DNA of 63,833 nt, the filler included, from Pelomyxa schiedti (taxonomy: Eukaryota; Protista; Evosea): assembly GCA_020536535.1 (NCBI GenBank). It is 8 parts of 8 records of this genome, joined end to end, with 100 filler letters (N's around TTAATTAATTAA, not from the genome) between each part and the next. Parts side by side here need not be neighbours in the genome. Positions count along the whole stretch, not along the records: positions 49,342 to 50,980 come from JAHLWZ010002364.1; positions 51,081 to 53,256 come from JAHLWZ010002090.1; positions 53,357 to 61,102 come from JAHLWZ010001341.1; positions 61,203 to 62,315 come from JAHLWZ010002814.1; positions 62,416 to 63,833 come from JAHLWZ010002518.1; 3 more parts are not named here. One strand, 5' to 3'. The notes beneath the pieces were generated by a model that was given only the letters and a program-made list of their open reading frames with translations, had not been told where the DNA came from and made no database searches. How positions within the stretch are numbered: the stretch's first letter is position 1; every line of letters begins with the position of its first letter. Of this stretch, positions 50,322 through 63,183 are shown one piece after another. The translations under genes were made by a program, and so were the position numbers.

Positions 50322-51080
50322 TGATGATTACCGGAAATACCTGCCACAAAATTAAAAGTCAAGAGGCAGAGACGGCAACGATGGATGTGAGGCCAAAGTA
50401 GTGGCGTTGCGTCGTGGTGCGTTGCGTTTCGTTACATTGCGTCGCGTTGTGTTGCGTTTCATTTTTAGCCTTTGTCGGGGGACTTTGCCATGCACTCACC
50501 AAGGCAGAAAGAAGCCCGTTACATTTTGTTTGTATTCCTCAACTCAACTTAGGCCGAAGTGGTCTGAAAGGCACCAGGAATAACATTTCACTGCCTCTGC
50601 ACGGTTCTGTGCCAGCCCACCATCCTGCCGGCTTAGCACATGTGTCTTCTTTTCTTTTTTCTTTTCTCAGTTCTGATAACCATAGATATCTGGCAGCAGC
50701 CAGGTTAGACGACACTAGTAATACTTCCGCACTGGAACCTAGACCCACCGGAATCACGGTAATGTTGAACTTACCTTACACTGTAACAAACTTAGTATTA
50801 ATTGAGGTATATTTCACCCCCCTCCACAAGAGCCAGTTGCCGGCACAAAGGCAACAAAAGCATGTGGCTCCGTACGTTGTGGTTGTTCACTCTTCTGGAG
50901 AGCACTGGTGCTTTGATGTCTGTGTATGATGATGTACTTGGGATAAGTTGGGTAGGCAAAGAGATATTGTGAATGATCCTNNNNNNNNNNNNNNNNNNNN
51001 NNNNNNNNNNNNNNNNNNNNNNNNTTAATTAATTAANNNNNNNNNNNNNNNNNNNNNNNNNNNNNNNNNNNNNNNNNNNN

Positions 51081-51597
51081 TGAGAAGAAGATGAAGAAGA
51101 ACATAAGGTGGTGCCCAGTGAGCTGTCAAGAACAAAGAACCGGGAGACTTCGGAATCGCGGGACGCACAGAGGAACCTGTCGGGGCCGAGGCACCCCCTG
51201 ACGGCCAGTCTCCCTACGGTCAGCTTGTCGGTTGCGCACATGCGCCACCGCACGACCCCCATTGTGGGAGACACCCCCGCGAACACGTGCACGTCGCCCG
51301 TTTCCGGGGCGCGGCCGCCCACGCGGTCGGCCACGCACTCGCCCGCGGGGCTCACCAGCCCCGCCAGGAGCTGCAGCTTGAGGGTGAAGCCCACGTGGCG
51401 GGACACGGGAGCACCCACCGCCGGCCGATCTCGGCCACCACGTCGGGCGGCAGCACCGCCGCCGCGGCGGGGCGGCGTGCGGGCGAGGGAGGGCAGAAGG
51501 AGGGAGCGGCGAGGGCGACGAACTGGTCGCGGGCCATCACTGCCACCACCTCCATGCCAATGCGGGGCATCGTCACAGGACTGCTTGCGTCCATTGA
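51081..51597 (-). CDS. 5' part of an orphan-family gene, tandem paralogue of 51789-53178
   Basis: MARDQFVALAA...VLPPDVVAEIGRRWV...FAGVSPTMGVV; truncated by a gap. Confidence 0.7.
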
Positions 51598-51788
51598 TGA
51601 GCGATTTTTTTTTTTTTCTTGTCCGAGGAGTAGCAGAGGAGATGTAGGTGGATGCACCCAACCGGGACATCAAGAATCCCTGGATTTGTGCTGAAACTGA
51701 GTGGTCCGTCCTCACCAGTGTCTTTGTTTTGCTTGTGCGGCTTCGGTTGTAGTGCTGTGAGAACAGCTGTGTGTCGACGAGTTGCGGG

Positions 51789-53178
51789 TCAGTGTTTGGA
51801 TTTGGTTGAACCGGGTGGTGGTTGTGGAATTGTGATGATTGCAAGGCGGGTTCCTGTGGCAACATCAACGAGTGCCACTCTGTGTGGATAATGTTGCGGT
51901 TGTTCCCGTTGTTGAGGAGGGAGTGATGTTGTAGTCGCAGTTGCATTACTCCTTCCGGTGTTATTGCCTGTTTGTTCAGTCAACACAGGAAGTATTCCAG
52001 TTCTGCCGGTGAGCGGCTTGTTGCATGAACGCTCTGCATCACAGGCGTGAACAGAGGTCATGATTGGAGTGTTCAGGTTTGACAAGTGGTATACCGATAC
52101 GCCGGAACTCCCGGCAACGCAGAAGTGCTCTGGCCCGATGATGTACCTGAAAGGCCAGTTGATGAATTTGTGTATTTGGCCCGGTTCCGCAGTTGCAGTA
52201 TTCTTGGCCGCCATGCGGAGCTTGTTAGAGTGCACCGTGAAGATAGTGCTTGGTTCCAGGAACATACAGGACCGGCACTGCGTCACTATCTCATTTAAGA
52301 CGGCCAGCTTTCTCAGTGTGTGGGTTAGCTCCAGGTCAACGAGTAACACACGGTCACTGCAGCATAAAAGCACTGTGTTCCCGGTTTCGCTGCAGAAAAC
52401 GGCCTTGCGAAGATCGTCAACAGTATTGAAACCCAGACAGCCGGCGGCAAAAACCAACCTTCAAAGCGCCGCCAACAACCGGCATGGTCATCAGCCCACC
52501 ATCCCCAAGTGCCACAACCCACCTCGTGTTGCAGTACGCCCGCCTGGATATGCCCCCCATATCACTGAAGCACCCAAGTTCAGGGCCACTTCTCCCTATC
52601 CACTCAGTCCTCAAACGAAATGTACTGAGAGTAGTAGCAGCAGCAGCAGTAGCGCTGGAAGAAGAAGAAGAAGAGGATAAGGTGGTGCCCAGTGAGCTGT
52701 CAACAACGAAGAACCGGCACCTGTGCGGCCAATCGTAAGAAGCACAGAGGAACCTGTCGGGGCCGAGGCACCCCCTGATGGTCAGTCTCCCGACGGTCAG
52801 CTGGTCGGTTGCGCACATGCGCCACCGCACGACCCCCATTGTGGGAGACACCGACGCGAACACGTGCACGTCGTCGCGCTGGCCCTCGCCCTTGCCCGCC
52901 CCGCGGCCGCCTCCGGTGCGCCCCCCCGCGCCCACGCACCCGCCCGTGGAGTTGACCAGCGCCGCGAGGTCTCGGAGCCTGAGGGTGAGGCCGACGTGGC
53001 GGGTGGCAGGGAGCACCCACCGCCGGCCGATCTCGGCCACCACGTCGGGCGGCAGCACCGCGCGGCGGGGGGGCGAGGGAGTACTGAAGGAGGGAGCGGC
53101 GAGTGCAATGAACTGGTCGCGGGCCATCGCTGTCACCTCCATGCCAATGCGGGGCATCACGGGTCCGCTCCTGTGCAT
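51789..53178 (-). CDS. Orphan-family protein (F-box-like motif + propeller-like body); one frame break near 52405-52460
   Basis: ARDQFIALAA, VLPPDVVAEIGRRWV, VSPTMGVV, CNTRWVV, C-terminal LVDVATGTRLAII; the two ORFs can be joined by a 55-nt GT-AG intron or a frameshift. Confidence 0.72.
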
Positions 53179-53356
53179 CGATCCAAACGTGATCCACTAC
53201 AGCAAAGAAATTTTTAATAAGGGTCCAGCGGAGGAAGGTACCCAGTCTGTGGGGGANNNNNNNNNNNNNNNNNNNNNNNNNNNNNNNNNNNNNNNNNNNN
53301 TTAATTAATTAANNNNNNNNNNNNNNNNNNNNNNNNNNNNNNNNNNNNNNNNNNNN

Positions 53357-55474
53357 GAATCTCTTCTTGTAGAACCCAGCAGAGTGCTCCATCTGATCTC
53401 ATCCCATTGAACTCATAGGAGAGGCCCTATCCATACTATGAGTTCGAGATAACATTACTCTTTGTATGCCTTAATTGAAGTGATAAAATGAGCGGTAAAA
53501 TCGAAGTACTGCTGGAATAGGCCTCTGATTCAGGCGACGGTTTGAGCTAACATCATAGATATCAGTACAACAAAAGAAGGAATGTAAGAATTACATGAAA
53601 ATAATTGTTGCTCCCCCACTTACAAGCGTGTAGCAGCCACCAGGTTTTTTTTTTTTTTGTTTTTCCTTCTTTATCCACATGACAAAAAGAGGCACAGTGA
53701 GCCCAATGATGCTCCCTCTCAAGTACTGGTTTGTATATTTTCCAGATTGAGTGACTCAGCTTAGCTATCAAATCACAATTTTGTGTTACTGTAAACAGTG
53801 ATTGAGTATTTTTATTTGCTTCCTCATGCGTTTCTAAGAGCTTATTGAATGTGGTTTCTTTTAACTCAAGTGCATCCTTAAGTGAGCTAAGGTCTCCTTT
53901 CTGTTGCTCTTGGTATTTTAGCTCATTGCTGGGATTTTTGAATCTTGAGCAATTTGTCCATGCATACTGGAGGGTTTTTCCTCTGTTTCCTTCTTGTGTG
54001 CAGTGTATTGTTCCTGAAGCAACAACTGTGTAAAACCGTTCGAAGCTGCCACTTGCTTTCCTTTTGAGTTTGAATAGTAAGCTTGTATCCTGTCCAAGTT
54101 CTTCTATTTTTTGAAGGAGTTATGTGGCGAGTGATGAGATAGTTTCCCCTGTGCCACATGTTACTTATCGCTTTGTTGGTGCTGCAAAATCACAGCAGAA
54201 TCTGATTGCTGATGTCATGCAAGAAGATCCAGCTGTTCCTGTCTGAAATCATATCGGAAATAGACTTGCGTTAACCTTGTATCTTGTCCACTTATTAGAA
54301 GGTCATTTTGTAGTTGAGAAAATCAGTGATTGAGGGAGTTCACAGTAACTTGAATTTCAGTGTTTTTGGGTGTCTGCTAGGCAATGTTTGTTAGGTTTGC
54401 ATTAATTTCACTCTGAAGTCGTGAAACTTGTTCCTCCGTCAATTTCTCTGCCTTTGTATGTTGGTTTTGAAGGTTGGAACTGAAGAACCAGAGGGCTTCC
54501 ATCTTGAATTGGGCTGCTTCTTCCTGCTGCATGGAAATACTTTTCTGGCCGCTATTTGGAGGTAATCTCACTGTTCTTTAGTTCCAACTTTTTTTTTTTG
54601 ATCCTTTTCTTCAATAGTTTTCGTTAAGGTTATACGCACAAGATCGCTACTATGTTGAAAATGTTTGTTGCAGCTGATCCTCGGTTTCTTTGCAGCAAAG
54701 AAATCTTTCCTTCAAGGGAGAGGATTATCCTCTTTTATTGGTTGAAAAATTCATCCAGTTTTCCTTGCTCCAGCTCCAGCTTGGCGGTATTTTCTTAGTA
54801 TATTGAAATCCTGCTTCAGCTGTGCAATTTCTGATTTCAGCAGCATGATAGGTTTGTTTGACAATTTTATCTTCTAGAAATGCTACCACCTCTTTCTGGT
54901 GATTCAATGCAGTGGTTAGGAGATCCAATCTTTTCTTCCATTCTCGTTCACAAGCTTGGTGCTCAGCCATAAGCTTCTCATAATTGTGGGTGGCGGACTC
55001 TGTTTGGTTTCTCAGATTGGAGTGCCTGTGTTTCCAGAAGTTTACTATCAAGGGTCTTCCTGAGAGTGTCTGTATACTCCTTTCAGAACCCAGTCAGCGT
55101 CGACTCTGACTTGAGGAATTTTTGTTGACAAGTTCCCTCAAGGTAACTCTGGGTATTACAAGTTGTTCACACAACTTCTTCTGAAGCACGGAGATTGTGG
55201 ATTTGAAACAGGCCATCTGGATTTCAGAAAGAGAAGCGAGATTCGTCTAGGCGGCTCTTCTTTTGTTTCAGCTTCCTTTAAATTGCACTCCAAGCAAGAT
55301 TTTTGAGATAATTGTAGGCCAGGCAAATGTCACTGCAACATTCAGAAAGCAAGTGCCCAGCTCATTCCCTGAAGGATCCTATTGCAGCATAGAAAGCCAT
55401 TGGGGAGACAACTGCAGAGATCATTGGCCATAAACAATCTGAAGGTACCGCCGCCAATGCTGATTGTTTCGTCA
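53357..55474 (-). CDS. Coiled-coil-rich hypothetical gene or pseudogene, fragmented
   Basis: E/K/Q/L-rich short ORFs (54725-55051, 54377-54571) with intron-like AT-rich gaps; frames hard to join. Confidence 0.35.
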
Positions 55475-57928
55475 TGGTTTATCATGTGAAACTTTCTAGA
55501 CGCTAGGCACTATCAATGAAGCTTCTCAAGGGAAATGACGTTTTCTGAAACGAGATAAAATTTCTCCTCACCAGCTGATATCGGATGAAGAGGGGGATGA
55601 CAGAAAAAGAATCAAATTTAGTATGACACAGAGAGAATACACAAATGTCAATATGAAATGAATCCAGGGCATACACTTCAGTGCAACCGTCCTCAGTTTG
55701 TCACGCGATGAAACAAGGAATACCACTTTCAGAATAATGACAAGGGAGGCGCAGCAATTGCACTCGCCGAAGCGGTGGCAAGAAGGAACATCGCGTGGTG
55801 CTTGTGAATTTGTTGCATTTCTCCAGTGGCTGTGCAGTTTGCGTTCATGGCAAAAACAGGGAGGGCCCGTGCACATCTACAATAAAGATCAAATCAGCAC
55901 CGCAGCAGCAACCAATGGGATCGTACAATAAAGAATTAAAAACGACGTACCTGGGAAAGGGTTTCTAACCGCAGAGAGAACACAACGTAATAAGTAGTAT
56001 ATACTGCACTGCATATGGCTTCATTGGCTCCCACGCGGATCTGCGTCGATCTGACCCTGGCTCGTGGCGTTCCCGTATCGTATTTTTTATTTTGTTTGTT
56101 GTGACGAAAGTTGAAGTGAAGGCTTTGCTTTTTTAAAAGATACAAGATGCCGCAGGCACCACTGACAACCAGTGTGCTGAGAACGTGGAAAATTTAATCG
56201 GCTGCTCCAGAATGGAAGTTGTGTGGAAGCAACAATCTCTGATGGTCACTTGTCCATGTTGGAGCAACGGACTACTACGATGATTATTACCTCTTATTCA
56301 TCATGGTAAGGAATTTATTGGTGTTTGTTTTTCATTACGTTTATGGAGGTGGAAACTCCTCTTGCACAACCACAATATAGTTCTCAGTAGTGCCATTTGC
56401 ATACACTGGCTGTTGGAATGCTGTTTCACTGCATATTTCATTATTGTTTGATTGTATGCGGCCGTGTCAAACAACTCATACTTGCATGTTATTTCTCTTC
56501 ACAAGTTGCAACTCCTGGTTGCAGGCAAAAAAAGTTATTGTACCTTTTAAAACCTTATTTATTAAATAGATTGGAGATGTTTGCCTTCCTGTGCTCAGGC
56601 ACAGGTACTACTCACACAAGTTTGTGTTTCAAAGTCTCCCGGCAGACAATTGTCTGCTCCAAATAATTCTGGATGAAAAATTATATTAATTCAAGCAAGG
56701 CAAGCTCTCATATGATTTTTTTCAGTTTTCTTATCTGCAGATTGTGGTCATAAATGCCTCTACAATTGGATAAACACGATAAAAAACTCCTTTGGGAACT
56801 GTCACTTCCAATCACGTGGCAAAAGGAAGGAGTAACCTTGATAAAATCTCAGAGATTTTTGCCTAGTAGGTACCTTATCCCACACATACCCTCATTATTT
56901 CTTCACCAGGACCTACTGGAGATCTGAGGAGCTTTATTGACTTCCTTGTATGAATCATTTGGCAAATTAGTCGAGAAGACAGAGACAGAGCTACTTCAAG
57001 TATCTTCATAGTTCCAAAGCAGGTTTGAGAACTGTTCTGCCTGTTGGTGCTTACACTTCCTGAAAGGTAACTGGCTGGTGGTAGCTGAACCCGGACCCCT
57101 TGATATCGCTGAACAGGAAAGAAGGTTTTGTAGTTACCACCATGGCAGTGCTGCAGCTGATTTCTCCCTACAGGATACAAGTTGTTGAACGGGACTGAGC
57201 AAACACTCTACTTAAACAGCCCCAGTGCTCGGTATAAGACCCCCAAGGGTTGTCCTAATACTACAATACTCCCATCCCATAACCAACTCTCACAACAACC
57301 ACAAACCAGAAACCACAAACCGCCGCGGAATCCCATAATAGAGCTTGTTGTTGTTGGTGCAATAGGAAAAACAAACGCAATCACCAAAAGAACCATTTTA
57401 GATTTTATTTTGTTCTTACTCTGCAGGCATCGGGGTGCTGGCGGTGGTAACATCACCCTCATCAAACTCCCCGACTAAATTAAATTAAAACAAGAAAAAA
57501 AAAAGGGTCGTACCTGACCAGTGAGCCTCAAAACCAGAGCCTTGGCCTTGCCAGCCTGACATGCTATGGCGGTACCAACATTCATCAGCCCAGTTTTTCG
57601 CGAAATCTGTAAAGCAAATAATTCCTGCTCACATTGTAACTGGTCCTCGTACGCAATGCGTTGTGTGGCTTGAATGAAAGTGTTTCCATCGTGTTGTACA
57701 AGTTATTGCCAACAATTGACGGGAGCGAGATTCCAAATCACTTCCGTGCTTGGGGAGAAAGAGGGTCCGGGAGTTTCATTGACAAGCACACATAAACAGA
57801 AAAAAAAGACGAACCGGCCGGAAATCGATCCGGCGATCTCTGTTGTTCGGATCAGGTCGAGTGAGGGTAAAAGGTTTTTTTTTATGAGGTTGTCAACACA
57901 AGGCAGCGCGGCACGTGGCGACCCATAA

Positions 57929-59500
57929 CTACGAATTCCGGTGCTGGACGATTGAAGTGTTGAGAAACAGACAACTAAGATAAGTTTGATCTCTCTTATG
58001 ATCATAAGAGCCTTTGAACTTGACCTCGTAGAGCGTTCCTCCAGGTATGAGCTTGTGTGCAACAATTTCCTCAATTTGCTTGTCGTTGACACTTTCCTTG
58101 TGGTCCTTTGTCTTCGGCAATAGCGGAGCCTTTGCCGGGTCAACCATAGAATTCTATGGTGTTAGACCAGTAGTTGTACTCGGTGTTGTATTGTGTGCAT
58201 AGACAATTGCAGGTATTAGCGAATCCCAATCATCCGCTTTCTTCAGAGCTCTTCGTAGATTGCTGTTGACTTGCTCAACTCTTCCAATAGTATGTGGGTG
58301 ATAAGGCCCGTTGATATTGTGGCACAGTATTCATAAATCCATGTAGTTCTTTGATTATTTCTGCTGTGCTTCTAACAGTTCTGTCAGTCATCACGATCTG
58401 AGAATGATCAGAGTAAAACGATTTCCCAATGCTGTAGGCTTCTTCCCAAACGGTCCAGCATGGTCCCACTGTGAAATATTCTTGGTGCATACATATATCC
58501 TGGAGTAGAATGTGATACCGGTTGCTGCAACACATTGCACGTTTGCTCCAGACAACTTCTGACTTGCTTATGTATGCCACTCACAAGGACTTCAACGGAA
58601 ACTATCTATCCGGTTCCAGAGAATATGTGATATCTTTGCTCACAGAATATCTTTACCTTGCAGATAATCAATAATGATTTCCACTTGAGGGCCACATCCT
58701 TAGCACTTCCAACCTGTGCTATCCCTTGTACAGTCGAATAGGAGCTTCCCTTGTGTTAGCAACTTCGATTGCAAAACTTCTAGTCTCCGGTATGGCCTTC
58801 TTTTCACTTCTCAACAAGTAATAATTCTCCAGGATGTAATCTGACTGGTAGATTGACTTCAATCTTCATAGTAGTCCAGCCTGGGATTGTCAAATCGTTG
58901 GCCGATACTATCCTCTTGGTGGTTCATGAGTAAATGTACTTTCTTTCCACCTTGCCATCTAAACAAATTACAAGAATGCAAGATGTCTCCTTTGTATGTT
59001 GTAGTGGCATCACAGCCCAGTAAAACTATATCCTTCAGTCCTCTGGTCACTGTAAAAGTTACAATGTGCCTTGCATTTCCGATTTCTACTGGTGAATCGA
59101 TTCATTCCCAGAATTCCAGTAATGTGTCATTGATAGCTTCAGCTTTTGCAATACTAGGCATTTGGGTGACTTGCAAGAAAACTCGAAAAAATTTTTGCGG
59201 TGTTTCCATCATCTTGAGACTAATGTTTTTTTGCAGCCGGGCCATGCCCGCGAGTGCTAGTACCACGACCACCAGGTGCAATTCTTTCCAATGCATCTTC
59301 ACTACTAACAGAAATAGTAGAGCATGAATCAATCATGATAGTGATGGGCTTATCATTGACTTTTCCCCCGGATGTGGAGTACTTGGTACTCCCTCCAAAG
59401 AATCTTGGGTCTTCTTCCTTACTGCCCCTCCATTCAAAGGGCTATCTAGTTTCCTTGGTGTTGTTGTAGTAATAGTGGGCAGTTTGCCTTTAGGTGCAAT
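57929..59500 (-). mobile_element. Degenerate chromodomain-bearing Ty3/gypsy (chromovirus-like) pol remnant
   Basis: Integrase core IVMTDR...GPYHPHTIGRVEQVNSNLRRAL...WDSLIPAIVYAHNTTPSTTTGLTP (about 58155-58400); chromodomain QIEEIVAHK...LYEVKFKGSY (about 58000-58085); RNase H-like LLGCDAT upstream; multiple frameshifts. Confidence 0.7.
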
Positions 59501-59559
59501 GATGGTACATACACCCAAACATAGACAACATCTGGGTGCTTGGTAATGATTTCAGAGCA

Positions 59560-61102
59560 GAATATGAAGTCTCACTACCTTCAATTGACTGCATGGAGTT
59601 GCCATGGAATAAGCAAGTACATTGCCACTGTACACCAGTGCATACCAGGATAAGGAGTATCCCGCCAGACATAAAGTCATCGAGAAGGTACAAGTGAATG
59701 CAGAGGCTGCAGAAGGAACACTGTATAATATAACACCTGCAGCTAATGTGAATTTGTGCATAGCCCCAGGAGTTGGAGCCGAGCTGAAGAAAGGAACTCT
59801 ACCTATCTGTATACTCAATCCCAAGCAAGAGACTGTAAGAATCCCTGCTGGAACTGTGCTAGCAACCACACAGGCCATGACAGAAAAGGATATAGCGTTT
59901 CTAGATGTACAAGAAGATTGCAGGCATACTGCAGCAGAACCAGGAGGCAAAACACAGGAGAATCTGGGGTCCGAGTTTGACAAGTATGATTGGGACACAT
60001 TGAGGAATGCTTAACAACACTAGTGGGACAGAAGGTATTCTCGCTCCTCAACTTATGTGGATACTGGCAAATCCCAATATCTGAGAAAGATGAGCACAAA
60101 ACCACATTTACTACTAGAGGTGGCCTGTTCAAATGGAATAGACTGCCATTCGGTCTTTCCAATGCTCCAGCAACTTTTCAAAGGCCATGGATCTAATATT
60201 GCAAGGCCTCCTCTGGGAAGGGTGCCTTGCATATATTGATGATATATTAATATTTGGAAGAGAGATGCGAGAAAACAATCAGAGGCTGATTCATGTACTT
60301 CAGAGGCTCAGTGATGCCCACCTATTCATACGCATGAATAAAGGTCAGTATGCTCAAAAGGAATTGCTTTACCTTGGGCACAGAATCTCTGGTGAAGGCA
60401 TAGCAACTAGCCTAAGCCACGTCGAAGCAGTAAGCAAATTCCCAACCCCAAAAACACCAGCTGATGTGCAGCAGTTCATTGGGCTGGTGGGCTTCAGCCG
60501 GCGATTTATAAGAGACTTTGTAAGCAAAAGCTGGCCCTTGGTGGAACTATATAAGAAAGATAGTGTATTTATATGGGAGGAACCACAACAGAGGGCATTC
60601 CAGGAGTCTTTCAGGAAGACTGGCACGCTGGTCTCTTGATGAGAACAACCTGTCATATGCTAGAACCTTTGACAAGGTCAGGAGGAGATATTGGTGGAAG
60701 GGGATGGCACAGGACATTCAGCAGTACTGCAAAACCTGCCGGGAATGCCAAGAGTACAGGAACAGATCCAACTTGAACAAGGGAGTTCCCATGAGCCTGC
60801 CAGTTGCATCTAGACCACATCAGATGATTGGTGTGGATTATATTGGTAAGTTGACACGCACCAAGCAAGGAAACGAATACATCCTGGTATTTGTGGACCA
60901 CTTCACAAAGTGGCCTGAGGCCAGAGTCAGTGCAGACGCAGCAACTACTGCACAAATATTTATTGACTTCTGGATCTGCCCCCATGGGATCCCTGATATC
61001 CTCATTTCAGACAGAGGCAGTCACTTTTTGAATGATCTGGTGGAAGAAGTCAATAAGATTTTCAGCATTGAACATAGGTTAACAACAGCATACAGACCTC
61101 AG
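59560..61102 (+). mobile_element. Ty3/gypsy pol fragment (RT + integrase), frameshifted, RNase H missing
   Basis: GYWQIPI..KTTFTTRGGLFKWNRLPFGLSNAPATFQR, AYIDDILIF, YLGHRIS; integrase RYWWKGM..DIQQYCKTCREC, GVDYIG, ISDRGSHF, TTAYRPQ. Confidence 0.92.
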
Positions 61103-61202
61103 NNNNNNNNNNNNNNNNNNNNNNNNNNNNNNNNNNNNNNNNNNNNTTAATTAATTAANNNNNNNNNNNNNNNNNNNNNNNNNNNNNNNNNNNNNNNNNN
61201 NN

Positions 61203-61765
61203 TCAGGGATATTCCCCACCTTTGCAGCCTGACAATCAGCAGCCAGAAACACCCACACAGAAAAAAAGGAAGAAACAACAACACTCTCAAACAAGCCCAC
61301 TATTTTCACTGTGGCCCCCCCCTTGGTTGTCATCCTCCTTTGCACACCCCACCCCTGCATCTCATGACCATTTGCAGTTGCGTTATACACCCACTCACCA
61401 TCCCACACATCCACACCGTTGCTGTCGTGCCACGTTCCCCTTTTCCAGTGGTCGTCCCTCCACAGCCCCTCGAACCACCCGCCATCGGCCCTGTGTTTCA
61501 CACCCCACCCATTGCTCTTGTTGTTGAGGCACTCTCCCTCGTAGGTGCTGCCATCGGGCCACTTGTACACCCCTCGGCCCGTTATGGCTCCGTTGAGCCA
61601 CACACCGTCGTACGTGTCGCCGTCTGGCCATTTTGCGGTGCCCCTGCCGTCGCGTTTGCCATCGACCACCCGACCAGTGTATGTTGGGCCACCACGAGGC
61701 ACCGCTGAGGTGTCGTCGACAACCATGGTCGCAGCACCCACTCGTTGGTTGGTTGCAGCTGCCAT
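61203..61765 (-). CDS. MORN-repeat protein, N-terminal part truncated by a gap
   Basis: YTGRVVDGKRDGRGTAKWPDGDT / YDGVWLNGAITGRGVYKWPDGST / YEGECLNNKSNGWG repeats. Confidence 0.85.
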
Positions 61766-62874
61766 GACGGGAGGGGACAAATGAATCACAATTCTTGCGA
61801 GTGCGCCTTGCGCACAGTTTGCCTGTGTGTTCGCAGAATCACACACAATTCGCTCACTTTTTTTCTCTGGTGACCTACAGCTTTGGGCATGCTTCCAAGT
61901 TGTCTCAGAGGAATCTCAAACAAAGATTTAACAAGCTTTTTTTATGTTTTAAAGCAAAACTTTTCAAGCATACGTTGATAAGTTTGTGTCACAGACTGGA
62001 GTTCAGCATTGGTTTTTTCCAGCTGATCATTGTGCTGTGTCTCAGACCTTGCAGTACAACTTCATACTCTTTTTGCTTTTGGGCCAGTTGTGTTTCATAC
62101 CTCAAATGTTGGGTGTGAGCTCTTTTTGCAAATCCTCCACAGTGCTTTTCAACATTTGTACTTGATCTTGAAGTAAATGCCTCTCTTGGGAGTGTTGAAA
62201 AGAGCAGAAACGTTGAGTTTCCTCTCGAGTCTTCTGTAGCATCTGTATTTGTTCATCATGAAGGGTCTTCAGATGTTTTTGTTGTTGCTAAACAATGTTA
62301 CTAAATAAATGTGTANNNNNNNNNNNNNNNNNNNNNNNNNNNNNNNNNNNNNNNNNNNNTTAATTAATTAANNNNNNNNNNNNNNNNNNNNNNNNNNNNN
62401 NNNNNNNNNNNNNNNTCAATGTATTCTTAATGAATCCTCAGGAATTCTTCCGGCAGGGTGATGAAGAGAAACGGCGGAATTTACCGGTATCACCTTTCAT
62501 GGACAGGTCCTCCAATGTATGCCCTGCCACGTTACATTGGGCAACCACTAAAATTCTTAATAGAAAATACCCAAATGTCAGAGTGCCTTCATAGAGTTTG
62601 TGATAACGCCGTTTGCCACAGCGTTTGTAGCGGTAGTTCCCAGCCTAGAGGGTTCCATACTATCCAATGTAAGGAATAACCTGTCGACTTGGGCGAGAGC
62701 CCCTTCCACCACTCCTCAAATACCCTGTGCCAACTCATAGATCACACAATCCCCACACCCACACACACACCCAATCGTGTATCAATTGAATACAAATTGC
62801 AGCACCAGGTACTTTTCTTGGTGTTGTCGGGACACACACCATCACAAACCACCTCTTTAACCGAAACCAATTCG

Positions 62875-63146
62875 ATGACAAGCAGGCAACAACAACAGCC
62901 GGGCAGGGGTGTCGCCGCACATACTCCCCCTTCGTCTCTATCTTCCCCGTCGCCGTCGCCGGGCGCGGCTTCCCGCCACGCCAACAGCCACACCACCACC
63001 ACCACCCACCGCCGCACCGCGGTTCCCGGCGGCGGCAGCAGGGGGGGCGACGCGGCCGGGGAGATCGGCGGCCGCAGTGGGCTGTGCATCCACTGCCCAT
63101 GCTGCATGAGGACATACGACTACCACCTGCACATCACCACCACCAC

Positions 63147-63183
<37 letters not shown>

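Noticed and set aside
55500-57900. Short ORFs and intron-like segments between the coiled-coil gene and the chromodomain
   Set aside because: No consistent gene model or motif could be supported
61830-62315. Coiled coil plus CPK-CRSP RING-like ending on the minus strand
   Set aside because: Needs frameshifts and crosses stops; too degenerate to call
62570-62610. ECLHR resembling the RING1 zinc finger
   Set aside because: Flanking Cys ligands could not be assembled
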